From positions 248,001 through 312,000 of the forward strand of contig JAVYOA010000002.1 of the NCBI GenBank assembly GCA_038734945.1: a DNA stretch of 64,000 nucleotides, read 5' to 3'. The stretch's first letter is position 1. The number at the start of each line of letters is the position of its first letter. The notes beneath the pieces were generated by a model. The model was given only the letters and a program-made list of their open reading frames with translations, was not told where the DNA came from and searched no databases. The position numbers and the translations under genes were made by a program. Positions 20,326 to 30,039 of this stretch are shown here, piece after piece. This DNA comes from Fervidicoccaceae archaeon. GTDB lineage: Archaea > Thermoproteota > Thermoprotei_A > Sulfolobales > Fervidicoccaceae.

Positions 20326-20676
20326 TCACCTCACCTTTCCAAGCACAACGAAGGATACAGTTTTGCTGATGGGCCTTGTTTCTCCGATTAGAACCTTGTC
20401 TCCTACCTTGACTTCCACGCATGGAGGCAAATGAGCGTGAATCTTGCTCCTTCTCCTCTCGTATCTTCTGTACTTTCTATCGAAAATCATGTAGTTGTGC
20501 TCTATCACAACTGTTCCATCCATCTTGTCCGAACTTATCACTCCCTCTATAACGAGTCCCCTGACCTTTATAGTTCCATGAAATGGGCAATTGGGATCCT
20601 CGCATTTCTTCGAGGGGATCTGAATGCCCTCAATGCCAGGATTCTTCTCCTCCTTTTTTCTAGGCATCAAAGCCAC
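20326..20676 (-). CDS. rps17: 30S ribosomal protein uS17
   Basis: [18 protein letters not shown]. Confidence 0.97.
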   Translation of the reverse strand: MALMPRKKEEKNPGIEGIQIPSKKCEDPNCPFHGTIKVRGLVIEGVISSDKMDGTVVIEHNYMIFDRKYRRYERRRSKIHAHLPPCVEVKVGDKVLIGETRPISKTVSFVVLGKVR

Positions 20677-20948
20677 CTCTTTCCCGTTCTTAAGATTTCC
20701 TTTGTTCTCTCCTCGGGTCTGCCGAGGATATCAATACCGGATATTACTCTCTCGTCTTTTCTTCCTGGATTGATTCTCAAAACTATGTTCCACTTCAACA
20801 GCTTCAACTCCTTTCCTTTTTCAATTAGTATGATTGTGTTCTTGGTCTCTCCAGCAATTATTCCTCTTCTCTTGTTCAGAGATGGATCTGCTGAGCTCAT
20901 GACCTCTGCCTCTGCTCCCAAAATTTCCGAATATGTGGGAAGTCTCAC
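20667..20948 (-). CDS. rnp1: RNase P protein subunit Rpp29
   Basis: [16 protein letters not shown]; conserved position between L29 and S17. Confidence 0.88.
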   Translation of the reverse strand: MRLPTYSEILGAEAEVMSSADPSLNKRRGIIAGETKNTIILIEKGKELKLLKWNIVLRINPGRKDERVISGIDILGRPEERTKEILRTGKRWL

Positions 20949-21157
20949 TTGCCTTCACCCTGCTTTTTTCTTTCCTCAGACTCTATGGTCAGTATTCTGG
21001 CTAGGGTCTTTCTAAGTGGTCTTATCTTTCCAGGATTATCGATAGTCCCTATGTGTGCTTGCATAACCAGCTTCATCAGCTCAACCCTAATTTCGTTGAG
21101 CTTCTCCTTTCTCTGCTCCGGGGTCATCTTCCTTATCTCATCCGGACTGAGGCTCAC
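20945..21157 (-). CDS. rpl29: 50S ribosomal protein uL29
   Basis: EIRKMT, NPGKIR..RKTLARILT. Confidence 0.95.
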   Translation of the reverse strand: MSLSPDEIRKMTPEQRKEKLNEIRVELMKLVMQAHIGTIDNPGKIRPLRKTLARILTIESEERKKQGEGK

Positions 21158-21866
21158 TGCTGTTCACCTCCTGCTGCTCTTCAGCTGGCTCTTCCTTCTT
21201 CTCTTCCTTAGGCTTGGCCTCAACTTCCTCCTTCTTCTGAATGAATTCCTGCAAATTTATACCAGCTTCCTCTGGAGTGCGTATAAGCAAGGTATCCTTC
21301 GTTCTCTGCGGCTTCACTATTATGACCTTCACACCATAAATTCCAGGCTTGAGAAGGGCATGAGCAACTGCTTTGTCAACGATATAAGTTACCTGTTCAC
21401 CAGTCTTGTAAATTTTCCCCGCCCTGAACTTCTCGTATCTGGCTCTCTCGCTTGTTATTTTTCCGCTTATTATTATTTCCGCTCCTATTGCTCCAGCACT
21501 CATTATTCTCTTCAATGCCGCGAAGGCAAGCCTTCTAAAATGAAAGCCCCTCTCCAGCGATACGGCCAATCTAAAGGCAACAACTCTCGCATCCAGGTCA
21601 GGATTTTCGACTGGCATTACAGTTATTTGAGGATTCTCCAAGCCAAAATAATTTTCAAAAATTGTGGAGAGATTCTTTATTGTTTGGCCCCTTCTCCCAA
21701 TTATGAGAGCGGGTCTTTCTACCTTTATTACTACTCTGGTACCCAGAGGAGTCCTGTACACATCGACTCCCGAATATCCTGCTCTATAGAATTGTCTTGC
21801 CAGGTATTCGTCAACTTTAACAAGAGACATTGACTTCTCGATGAAATATCTCTTCACGTTTACCAT
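21138..21866 (-). CDS. rps3: 30S ribosomal protein uS3
   Basis: KH domain RPALIIGRRG, GAIGAEIIISGK. Confidence 0.97.
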   Translation of the reverse strand: MVNVKRYFIEKSMSLVKVDEYLARQFYRAGYSGVDVYRTPLGTRVVIKVERPALIIGRRGQTIKNLSTIFENYFGLENPQITVMPVENPDLDARVVAFRLAVSLERGFHFRRLAFAALKRIMSAGAIGAEIIISGKITSERARYEKFRAGKIYKTGEQVTYIVDKAVAHALLKPGIYGVKVIIVKPQRTKDTLLIRTPEEAGINLQEFIQKKEEVEAKPKEEKKEEPAEEQQEVNSSEPQSG

Positions 21867-21879
21867 AACCTTCTCACCT

Positions 21880-22350
21880 TCATGCCTCCTTAACTACTAT
21901 TTCTATATTGGAGTGTCTTCTGTACTTTGGGGTTGATCTCCCAAAAGCTCTTGGCATGTACCTCTTCAGAACGAAGCCCTTCTTGACAGAGATGTGAATT
22001 ATTCTGAGCTTCTCGACATCTAGATCCTTTCCCTCTGCATTCGCCTCAGCGTTCCTTATGAGCTTCAACAGTATCTTGGCTGCCTTCACTGGGTATTTTC
22101 CCATTGGGATCCCCCATCTATCACTCAAACCGCTCTTGTGGGGTATCTTTTTGTTATGAGTCCAGTTTGGAACAGGCTCCTCCAACCTGATTACCTTCTC
22201 CAGGAACTTCTTCGCATCTTCTGTCCTCATTCCCTTTATAGCATTAGCTAGGTTGATTACCTTCTTGGGGCTTATCGGCGCATCCCTTGCCACAGCCTTA
22301 GCAATAGAGCGCTCATCCTCAAACTTAACACTGTATCTCCATGCTCCCAT
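21880..22350 (-). CDS. rpl22: 50S ribosomal protein uL22
   Basis: GKYPVKAA, NAEANAE, PRAFGRS. Confidence 0.97.
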   Translation of the reverse strand: MGAWRYSVKFEDERSIAKAVARDAPISPKKVINLANAIKGMRTEDAKKFLEKVIRLEEPVPNWTHNKKIPHKSGLSDRWGIPMGKYPVKAAKILLKLIRNAEANAEGKDLDVEKLRIIHISVKKGFVLKRYMPRAFGRSTPKYRRHSNIEIVVKEA

Positions 22351-22361
22351 TGATATCTACC

Positions 22362-22778
22362 TCACTTGAGAGCAGTGAACATGGAGCTCCTTGTTGCCTT
22401 AAGGCCAGGCTCTCCATGCTTTACTGATTTGGTTGTTGGAGAGAACTCTCCAAGCCTTTTTCCTATCATTTCTGGAGTGATCCTGACTGGAACAAATTCC
22501 TTTCCATTGTAGATAGCTATGGTTAGACCAAGCATTTCAGGTAAGATTATCATGCTCCTCTGATGAGTTCGGATTATCTTCTTTGAGGTCCTTCGAGCTT
22601 TTCTTATTTTCTGAAGGAGCTTGATCTGCTGGGGGGTGAATCCCCTTATAATGCTCCTCCTTTCTCTCGATGGAAATAGCTTCACTAAATCATCCATTGG
22701 AACATCGATGAGCTTATCTATAGTATACCCTCTATACCTTATTCCTTTCCACTCGCTATCTATCTCTATGTTGCTCAT
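22362..22778 (-). CDS. rps19: 30S ribosomal protein uS19
   Basis: [29 protein letters not shown]; start ATG 22778 or TTG 22823. Confidence 0.96.
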   Translation of the reverse strand: MSNIEIDSEWKGIRYRGYTIDKLIDVPMDDLVKLFPSRERRSIIRGFTPQQIKLLQKIRKARRTSKKIIRTHQRSMIILPEMLGLTIAIYNGKEFVPVRITPEMIGKRLGEFSPTTKSVKHGEPGLKATRSSMFTALK

Positions 22779-22928
22779 ACCATACTTCCCTTCTGAATTT
22801 TTTGGATTAAGCTTGAGGTCCAATAGGACCAGTGCAAGTTTAAACTCGCGTAAAAACGTTATTGATTCCCGGTTTATAAGTCTGACCTTGAAGCTATATA
22901 TGGTTGATAGTATAGGATTCCTGCAGCA

Positions 22929-24257
22929 TTAAAGATAAGCTTGAACCTCAGCATCAAGAACTTCCTTGAGCTCATTAACGTGTTTTTCCGTTGTATAAAC
23001 AAATATCTTAATGTTCTTTCTCCTTAACCTATTTATCACATGCACATAGGATTCGTCTGCAACGGTTTGCTCCATGTCGCTCACAATTATCAGATTGTCT
23101 CCAGGCTTCAGCGCAGCCTCAACCTTTCTCAGGGCCCTTGAAATATTAGTGTATCCAGATGTGCCGGCAGCGATTATCTCCTCTATTAAATGCAGCTTGG
23201 AATGCCATTTTTTCATTGATATTTGCTTTACATCCTCATCGAAGAGATAGATTCTCTTCAATGTATCGTATAGAGAAGCTACGAGGGCCACAGCCTTACC
23301 ATAATGTTTTCTCATGCTATCGCTCTTGTCAATCAGAAGAACTGCCTCCTTCTTTCTTATCCTGCCAATGTATACGGGCACTGGATAATTATTTCTCATT
23401 GTCAAGTAGACTGTCCTTCTGACATCGAACCTGGACTTTCTCTGAACGCTTCTTATTTTTCTTCCTCTCTCGCTTTTTTGTCTAGCACTATTCATCATGC
23501 TGTACGCTATTTGCTCTGCCAGCGATCTTTTGCCCTTCATAATCAGGTACTTTATGACATCTGCTGTGAACTCCTCTCCCATTTCTCTTGAAAGCACTGA
23601 GAGAGCCCAAGGAAGCTCTGGATTATATGCTAATTTCCCAATAGTTCTCTCAATAAACGAATACCTGTTCCCCAGGGATCTACCCTCCTCGCTCTCATAG
23701 GATCCCTTTCTCTTCTGGGATGCTCTTGCTATATGATCTTTCAGAAGTTCAAGATAAGCCTCGTTTCCAGTTCTATAGTAATTTCTGAGCATTTCTATCT
23801 TTCTGTATATATTCAACTTCTCGAAGTTCTCTATGGTATCCAGCTTCATTCTCTTCAACTTCTTGAAACTCATCTTTTCCATATCTTTCCAGGTAAGCTC
23901 ATACCCTTCAGTTCTTCTCCTTTCTGTTGTTTTCCTCCTTTCCTTCCTCTCCCTTTTTTCATGTGGCGCTTCCTTTTTTTGCTCTTCAATTTTCCTCTTG
24001 TATGGAGAGCCTCTGAGGACTTTCTCCAGCTTCTCGACGTCCTCCTGCCTTTTAGCAAAGACGCTGAGCAGAACCTTTGAGAGGGGAAAATAGTTGTAGT
24101 GAGTTAGCATCCTCGCTGTTCTATATAATCTTATAGCTTTCTCAATCTCCCCCGAGCTAATTTTTGCTCCCATCTCTCTCATAGCATGTGCTATTCTGAC
24201 TATCTTCTCTATTTCCTCATCATCATTGAATGAAAGATCCTCTCTTGCTGAGGTCAT
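22929..24257 (-). CDS. vWA (CoxE-like) domain protein
   Basis: C-terminal MIDAS DKSDSM...GYTNI...VSD; FDVRRT motif; adjacent to MoxR. Confidence 0.82.
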   Translation of the reverse strand: MTSAREDLSFNDDEEIEKIVRIAHAMREMGAKISSGEIEKAIRLYRTARMLTHYNYFPLSKVLLSVFAKRQEDVEKLEKVLRGSPYKRKIEEQKKEAPHEKRERKERRKTTERRRTEGYELTWKDMEKMSFKKLKRMKLDTIENFEKLNIYRKIEMLRNYYRTGNEAYLELLKDHIARASQKRKGSYESEEGRSLGNRYSFIERTIGKLAYNPELPWALSVLSREMGEEFTADVIKYLIMKGKRSLAEQIAYSMMNSARQKSERGRKIRSVQRKSRFDVRRTVYLTMRNNYPVPVYIGRIRKKEAVLLIDKSDSMRKHYGKAVALVASLYDTLKRIYLFDEDVKQISMKKWHSKLHLIEEIIAAGTSGYTNISRALRKVEAALKPGDNLIIVSDMEQTVADESYVHVINRLRRKNIKIFVYTTEKHVNELKEVLDAEVQAYL

Positions 24258-24264
24258 AGCTCAG

Positions 24265-25284
24265 CTATACCCTCCTTTCCAAATGCATTTTCACTATCTC
24301 CATTATGATGCTCTCTTCTTCTGGTCTCTTCACAAGGGTAGCCTTAGCTCCATCTATTAGATCCTCGCTCCTAACCTTCTCGTGGTTTCTCAGTTGAGCT
24401 ATCCTGGCACTTATTCCCATCCATCTGACGCTATCGGCTACTCCAGGTCTGTAGAGAAGGTCGGTTTTCCTTATTTCCTCTATAGCTCTGAGCGCTGCTA
24501 ACACTGTATCCTCATCATACAGATCAACAGCTCTTCCAAGCCTCAGTTTCAATATCTCTAGCTCTTTGTTCAAGGTAGGATATCCGAAGGTTATCCTGAC
24601 TACCCTGCGCATAAATGCATCGCTGAGCTCATTTTGAGCAAGATCCTCTGGATTGCTTGTAAATATTATTTGAAATCCCTCTCCAGTAGCTCTGTAGACT
24701 TTCTTCAACTCAGGGATGATTATTCGCCTTTTGTCTATGATGTCTAGAAGCAAATTTTGGAACTCCTCGCTGCTTCTCCTAATTTCATCAATCAGTATGC
24801 CGCTGTCCAAGATTAGAGAAGCTAGAAGAGGTCTGGGGACAAAGGAGTTCTCGTTGAAACCTTCTTTGTATGCTCTGAGTGGATGGAAATCGCCAATAAC
24901 TCTATATTCATCGTAGTTCTCACTGCATGGCAGCACGAAAGCCCTTCTGCCTGCCCATAGCGTTAGCAGTGCCTCTCCTATTTCCGTCTTTCCGGTACCC
25001 GGAGGACCTTCAAACAGAACTGGAAAACCCTCAATGAAAGAGGAAAAGACGAGCGTTATTACATCCTCATCCACCAGCAATTTGTACTTCTCTCTCAGAA
25101 CCCTGGCTGCTTCTCTGGGATTTCGTACGCTGGGCATCCTCTCATATGCCTTGTCATAAATTTCATAAACTTTTTCCACTATGGAGTCCTGAGTCTCTAT
25201 GGACTCTTCCTCCATTTTTTCGGTCATTTTTTCCACTTTCTCAACGATCTGGAGAACTGCTTCAAGATAAAAAATTGAGTTCAA
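24265..25284 (-). CDS. MoxR-family AAA+ ATPase (CoxD-like)
   Basis: Walker A GPPGTGKT, Walker B LIDEIRR, TSNP, LSDAFMRR. Confidence 0.9.
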   Translation of the reverse strand: MNSIFYLEAVLQIVEKVEKMTEKMEEESIETQDSIVEKVYEIYDKAYERMPSVRNPREAARVLREKYKLLVDEDVITLVFSSFIEGFPVLFEGPPGTGKTEIGEALLTLWAGRRAFVLPCSENYDEYRVIGDFHPLRAYKEGFNENSFVPRPLLASLILDSGILIDEIRRSSEEFQNLLLDIIDKRRIIIPELKKVYRATGEGFQIIFTSNPEDLAQNELSDAFMRRVVRITFGYPTLNKELEILKLRLGRAVDLYDEDTVLAALRAIEEIRKTDLLYRPGVADSVRWMGISARIAQLRNHEKVRSEDLIDGAKATLVKRPEEESIIMEIVKMHLERRV

Positions 25285-25526
25285 ACGTTAATATAATCTA
25301 CTTTGATACCTCTCTCCTTTCCGATAATTGAGCTAACAATTTCCACTATTTTTTTCTCCAGGCCTGGTTCCAATGACTCTCCTTTAAATTCTATGTATCT
25401 GAATTCCTTCACGAAAGATCTGTGCTCAATAGGCTCCATCCCCATCAGATTGGATAGAATTTCCTTTATTTTGTTGTGCTCGTCATCATAGAATGTCGTA
25501 TAGAAAATTCTGTAAGCCTTCGTCAA
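25281..25526 (-). CDS. Hypothetical 81-aa protein
   Basis: GGTGA RBS, TTG start, stop overlaps the MoxR TTG (TTGA). Confidence 0.7.
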   Translation of the reverse strand: MTKAYRIFYTTFYDDEHNKIKEILSNLMGMEPIEHRSFVKEFRYIEFKGESLEPGLEKKIVEIVSSIIGKERGIKVDYINV

Positions 25527-25536
25527 AGATAATCAC

Positions 25537-25601
25537 CTGCGGTCTCAGTTTGCACCCCTCATCAATGGGACCTCAGCAAATGTAGTGCGATCATTCCGCA
25601 G
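25537..25601 (-). ncRNA. Box C/D methylation-guide sRNA
   Basis: Minus strand CUGCGG-A-AUGAUC-GCACUACAUUUG-CUGA-GGUCCCAU-UGAUGA-GGGGUGCAAA-CUGA-GA-CCGCAG: C-like, D', C', D boxes with 6-bp terminal stem. Confidence 0.82.
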
Positions 25602-25606
25602 AGGGG

Positions 25607-26344
25607 CTATTGAGTTCTCTGGACTTTTCCTTTTCTTCTTCCCGTTCTTCTAGCAGCTATATGCCCTACTTTTCTTCCTGGCGGCGCTCTTCTTGAGACT
25701 GTTGTAGGTTTGCTCTCAGATTGGTGGCTTCCTCCTCCAAAAGGATGAGAAACCACGTTCATAGCAACTCCTCTGACCTTAGGCCACGGTCTGGATTTTG
25801 CCTTCCATTTGTAATAGGCATTTCCAGCCTTCATGAGAGGCTTCTCTATTCTTCCTCCTCCTGCTGCTACTCCAATCGTTGCCCTCGAACGAATGTCTAT
25901 CTCCTTGATTTTTCCGCTGGGAAGTACCACTGTTGCCGTAGCTAGGCTCTTTCCCGTAATCTGAGCATATCCCCCTCCAACTCTCACCAGCTTTCCACCA
26001 TCTCCAGGCTTGAGCTCAATATTGAAGATCTGCGTACCCTCCGGAATCGACGAGAGAGGAAGTATGTTTCCGTTAGCGACCTTCGCCTGTGGACCTATTT
26101 CAATGATCTGCCCTACATAGCTACCTTCCGATGCTGGAGAGTAGAAGACCTCCCCGTTCTCCAACTTTATTTCTGCTAGAGGCGTCCAGCGTCCAGGGTC
26201 ATGAACTATATTTGTTATGATGCCCCGAAATGTCCTATCCAACGGAAGCTCGGGATACCTAGCTGGAGCAACTCTAAGATGAGTTGGAGCTCTGAATGTG
26301 GGGGATCCCCTTCCTTCCCTCTGTGATAGAATCTTTTTTCCCAC
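25607..26344 (-). CDS. rpl2: 50S ribosomal protein uL2
   Basis: HDPGR, WPKVRGVAMN..HPFGGG, PPGRKVG. Confidence 0.97.
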   Translation of the reverse strand: MGKKILSQREGRGSPTFRAPTHLRVAPARYPELPLDRTFRGIITNIVHDPGRWTPLAEIKLENGEVFYSPASEGSYVGQIIEIGPQAKVANGNILPLSSIPEGTQIFNIELKPGDGGKLVRVGGGYAQITGKSLATATVVLPSGKIKEIDIRSRATIGVAAGGGRIEKPLMKAGNAYYKWKAKSRPWPKVRGVAMNVVSHPFGGGSHQSESKPTTVSRRAPPGRKVGHIAARRTGRRKGKVQRTQ

Positions 26345-26355
26345 TCTTTCTCACC

Positions 26356-26616
26356 TCACAGGAGACCAAGCCTTGTTGCTATTTCCTCTGCATTGAATTC
26401 GGGATGTAGCTTTATGAATGCCCTCTTCTCTCCCCTCATTGTTATCAGTGTCCTAACTTTTTCCACTCTCACTCCGAATCTCCTCTCGAACTCTTCCTTT
26501 ATTTGGAGCTTCGTAGCATTTCTCTGCACAACGAAAAGCAGAGTATTGTATTTCTCTATATAGTTAATTGCCTTTTCAGTATGCACCGGATAAAGCAGAA
26601 CCTGCTCACTACTCAC
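26356..26616 (-). CDS. rpl23: 50S ribosomal protein uL23
   Basis: TEKA...NTL, ATK, GEKRAFIKL. Confidence 0.96.
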   Translation of the reverse strand: MSSEQVLLYPVHTEKAINYIEKYNTLLFVVQRNATKLQIKEEFERRFGVRVEKVRTLITMRGEKRAFIKLHPEFNAEEIATRLGLL

Positions 26617-27427
26617 TCTTTATCACCACCAAGCCTGAGAATCTTTTGTTCAGCTCCTCCAAAGCTCCATTGCTTATGACTGTAAGTCTTCCTGGAACTC
26701 CTCCAGGAGCTAGCATGGCTACAGAAACATCTCTCGCATTAGAGACATCCACACCGGGGAAGTTCCTGACGGCTCTAGCAAATGGGCTATTTGCTGACTT
26801 TAAAATGAACAGAACGCTTCTGGGCTCGACGTATCTTCTTCCTCTCATCTTCCCCTTTCCTGCCCTTATCCTCGTCCTTTCATATGATCTCTCTATATCT
26901 TCCCATACTCCAATTTTCCTCAGAAATTCCCTTGCAAGCAGAGCCCTGTTGATATTCGATTCTACATCGTCCTCAACTATGATTGGTAGGCTGTCTCCGT
27001 GATAAATGTGTCCTCTTTTGAGAACAAGCTCCTTGTAAGATGTAGCAGCCAGAGCTGAAGCTGTAGCCAATCTTTTTTCCTTCTTGTTTATTTCCTCATG
27101 TATCTTCTCTTCCACCCTGGGAGGATGCGCTAGCCTCCCTCCAACGGTCATATTGGCCAATGCTCCAATGGAGGTATCTGGAATTCTAGGAACTCTTGCT
27201 AGTCCCCTCCCTACCCCAAGACTTACTGCTGGCGTTCTCTTTCCAGCCATTGGATCCCTACCCTTTGGCTGAAGTCCTGCTGTGAACTCTGATAGAAATG
27301 CTCTTTTCACCAGATCCTTCCTCACCGGGATGCTGAAGATTGAGGGCAATGTAATGTTCCCCTTGGCTTCTCCTGAAGAAGAGAAGAGAATGGTTTGTTT
27401 GGGCAGTGGTTTAATTATTAGTACCAT
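26609..27427 (-). CDS. rpl4: 50S ribosomal protein uL4
   Basis: QPKGRDPMAG, RAGKGKMRGRRY, LAPGG.PGRL. Confidence 0.97.
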   Translation of the reverse strand: MVLIIKPLPKQTILFSSSGEAKGNITLPSIFSIPVRKDLVKRAFLSEFTAGLQPKGRDPMAGKRTPAVSLGVGRGLARVPRIPDTSIGALANMTVGGRLAHPPRVEEKIHEEINKKEKRLATASALAATSYKELVLKRGHIYHGDSLPIIVEDDVESNINRALLAREFLRKIGVWEDIERSYERTRIRAGKGKMRGRRYVEPRSVLFILKSANSPFARAVRNFPGVDVSNARDVSVAMLAPGGVPGRLTVISNGALEELNKRFSGLVVIKSE

Positions 27428-27437
27428 TCGGCATCAC

Positions 27438-28487
27438 CTATATCTCTCCAATTCCATGTATGTATGTTATCCTTGGAGCACCTTCCGGAACAAATGGAGC
27501 AGGCCTAATAGGATATCTCAAAATAATAGGTCTCTTTCTTGGTCCTGGGACGCTTCCTGCAAGAATGACGAAGTCGCTCTTTATTAAGCCATATTTGTGC
27601 CATCCGCCAGGAACATTGAACTTCTTCAGCAGTTCCTCTCCATGCTTTGAAACATCTCCTATATAGATTATCCTCTTATTGTAGTCAACTCTTTGATGGA
27701 ATCCCATCTGCCCTGCCTGAGGAGCTGTTGAGACAGAACCGAATCCTGGTCCTCTTGCTCCTATCTTCCTTGCAGCCTTTCTGTGCTTGTGCCATCTTGG
27801 AAGCACTTTTATGCCAAACCTCTTCACTGGTCCCTGGAATCCCTTGCCTTTTGTTATCCCAATGACGTCGACAAAGCTACCATTACTGAATATCTCCGAT
27901 ACGGTAAATTTCCTGCCAAGAGATGATGTGGCGAACTCGAGCTGTTTCTTTATATCTGTTCCTGAGAGGGCAACCTCAATTAGCTCAGGTTTCTTCTTTG
28001 ATATCCCTCCAGCAAGCATGGGTTGAGAGAGCATTAGGGCTCTCAGCTCAACTATTCTCTCAAGCGATGACTCTATTTCCTCGAGCTTCTTTGAGGAGCT
28101 TTCCTTGCCTGGGTTGAATCTCTTTATTAGCCTTTCTATGTTTGCAGAGGAAAGGACTGAGCTATCAGCCCACACATCTGTGAATGGTTGCTTTCCATGG
28201 TTAGTGTCAAATTCATATGCTCTAAATCCTGCAAGAATCATTGGAGGAGTTTCCAGTATTGTTACTGGCATGAATATTTGCTTCCCATATGTCAGAGATG
28301 TTCTTCTATCATCTATTATCATGGAGTGAGTCATTCCCACTTTATATCCAAGGAACCCTACAGGGAATATTTTTTCATGTGATACTGTTGGCCAGCTTCT
28401 CACCCTGCCTAGGATTCCCTCAGCTCTCTTTCTCGGCCTTACTGCCAGGCTACCCCTTCGTGGGGCACTCTTCTTTCTATGTCCCAT
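27438..28487 (-). CDS. rpl3: 50S ribosomal protein uL3
   Basis: PRRGSL..RPRKR, GYKVGMTH, TKGKGFQGPVKRFG, GQMGFHQR. Confidence 0.97.
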   Translation of the reverse strand: MGHRKKSAPRRGSLAVRPRKRAEGILGRVRSWPTVSHEKIFPVGFLGYKVGMTHSMIIDDRRTSLTYGKQIFMPVTILETPPMILAGFRAYEFDTNHGKQPFTDVWADSSVLSSANIERLIKRFNPGKESSSKKLEEIESSLERIVELRALMLSQPMLAGGISKKKPELIEVALSGTDIKKQLEFATSSLGRKFTVSEIFSNGSFVDVIGITKGKGFQGPVKRFGIKVLPRWHKHRKAARKIGARGPGFGSVSTAPQAGQMGFHQRVDYNKRIIYIGDVSKHGEELLKKFNVPGGWHKYGLIKSDFVILAGSVPGPRKRPIILRYPIRPAPFVPEGAPRITYIHGIGEI

Positions 28488-28502
28488 GGTTCACCATCTG
28501 CC

Positions 28503-28574
28503 GAGAGTAGCCCGGATCCCATTTCTTTTTCCCGGGTCTCTCTCCAAGCTGTTTCTAAAGAGAAGTTTATAAAA
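28503..28574 (-). promoter_or_regulatory. rpl3 operon promoter (TATA TTTTATAAA, 28574-28566) and hairpin-forming 5' leader
   Basis: Leader GAGAG-A-CCCGG...CCGGG-CUA-CUCUC upstream of the GGTGA RBS. Confidence 0.6.
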
Positions 28575-28698
28575 GCTTCGATGGTTGTGTTGCTTCGAGA
28601 CAAGAATGACAAAACCATTATTATAAAACATCAACGAAATAAACACATCACTTAACTTTATTAATGATCCTTCTCTCTTTTTAGCATTCAGTTCATTT

Positions 28699-29109
28699 CT
28701 ATTTCTTGATGAGCGCTACAGCTTCTATTTCCACCTCGAAGTTCTTCGGTGGTTTCGCACTTACAACCGATCTAGCTGGCTTGTGCTCTCCCATTATCTC
28801 TGAATAGGCTTTGTTGAAAGCATCAAAATTTGAAATGTCGCTGAGAAATACAGTGACTTTCACTATGTCCTCGAGTCTGCCTCCAGCCGCCTCAACTACT
28901 GCTTTCACGTTAAGTAGGCACCTCCTTGTCTGCTCTTCTATATTTCCACTAATTGGCTGCCCAGTTTGGGGATCGATGGGAACCATTCCGGAAATAAATA
29001 GCAGACTGCATGCCTTACCATCATTGCAACTCAAATTATCAATTAGAATGCCCTGCGAATAGGGGCCTATTGGTTTTGGGGCATCCTTTGTATATACTAC
29101 TTTAATCAT
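28699..29109 (-). CDS. ridA: RidA/YjgF family enamine/imine deaminase
   Basis: APKPIGPYSQG, KVTVFL, PARS (catalytic Arg), VEIEAVA. Confidence 0.93.
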   Translation of the reverse strand: MIKVVYTKDAPKPIGPYSQGILIDNLSCNDGKACSLLFISGMVPIDPQTGQPISGNIEEQTRRCLLNVKAVVEAAGGRLEDIVKVTVFLSDISNFDAFNKAYSEIMGEHKPARSVVSAKPPKNFEVEIEAVALIKK

Positions 29110-29159
29110 GGTCTCACCAATACTATCTTCAAGTTTCTAAATATAAATTACCCTATTTA

Positions 29160-30011
29160 TCATTGAGAAAACTTCAAGATGGAAACAACTGATAGAACTA
29201 TTGGAATCGCTTCCTCTGTCCTCACAGTTCTTGTACCTTGATTCATCACGAAATTATATATTCCATTGAAGTATTCGTTTACATCTATAGAAAGCTCCTT
29301 TGCTATATCATACAGCCCCCTGTATGGCTCTCCGAAAACCAGTGTAATTTTCCATCCGCTTGTTCTCATGATCTCGCTAACTCTGCGGAGATTCTCCCAT
29401 ATCGGTTCGCCCAACCGTGAAGTTCCAATGACCGCCCTGGTTCCAGCTACTCGCTTCAAATATGAGTGAAGATAGCCAACGTTTTTGACTTCATAACCAA
29501 TCCATTCATCAGAAGACTCTATTCTTTCGACCTTGAGAGGATGAGCTGAGGTCACCCTAAAAAGGAAAACATCCCCCACCTTAATTCTGTTAGTTTCACT
29601 GGCTTCCACCCAAGTTGGAGCTCTGAGGCCAATATCAACCAGGATCCTCCCCCTTTCAACTTTTTCAACTAAACCTTCCCTAAGCTCTCCTTCTCTAGGG
29701 CTTGGCTTGACGGTGTGGGTTGGTGACTGCAAGGGATAAGCGAGACCAAGGTATTTCAGTTCCTTTCTTTTTCCATAAATTTTCCTCCTCAGATAGGGAG
29801 GAGTCCTAAAAACATTCAAGAGAAGGGCGAATCTTTTACTGGGTTCAAAGCACTCTTTCTTCCTCCTGCTCCTATAGAGAAGGATGCGTGATACCCTGAA
29901 TATCGAGGCATATCTGGCTATGATATTTGCTTTTATTGTTTCCCTAAGAATATCAGGCTCATTCTCCAATGTGCAGTATGGGAGAAGAAGCTCAATATCT
30001 ATGGGAAACAC
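29160..30011 (-). CDS. SPOUT RNA methyltransferase (SPOUT1/MTH1-like)
   Basis: IARYASIFRV, TPPYLR, REG, GTSRLG, FGEP..GL, NQGTRTVRTEEA. Confidence 0.88.
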   Translation of the reverse strand: MFPIDIELLLPYCTLENEPDILRETIKANIIARYASIFRVSRILLYRSRRKKECFEPSKRFALLLNVFRTPPYLRRKIYGKRKELKYLGLAYPLQSPTHTVKPSPREGELREGLVEKVERGRILVDIGLRAPTWVEASETNRIKVGDVFLFRVTSAHPLKVERIESSDEWIGYEVKNVGYLHSYLKRVAGTRAVIGTSRLGEPIWENLRRVSEIMRTSGWKITLVFGEPYRGLYDIAKELSIDVNEYFNGIYNFVMNQGTRTVRTEEAIPIVLSVVSILKFSQ

Positions 30012-30039
30012 ACCACCTAAGAAAAGGTATCATGAAATG

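Noticed and set aside
20431..21833. Long + strand ORFs (194, 294 aa)
   Set aside because: Antisense to rps17, rnp1, rpl29 and rps3; no protein motifs
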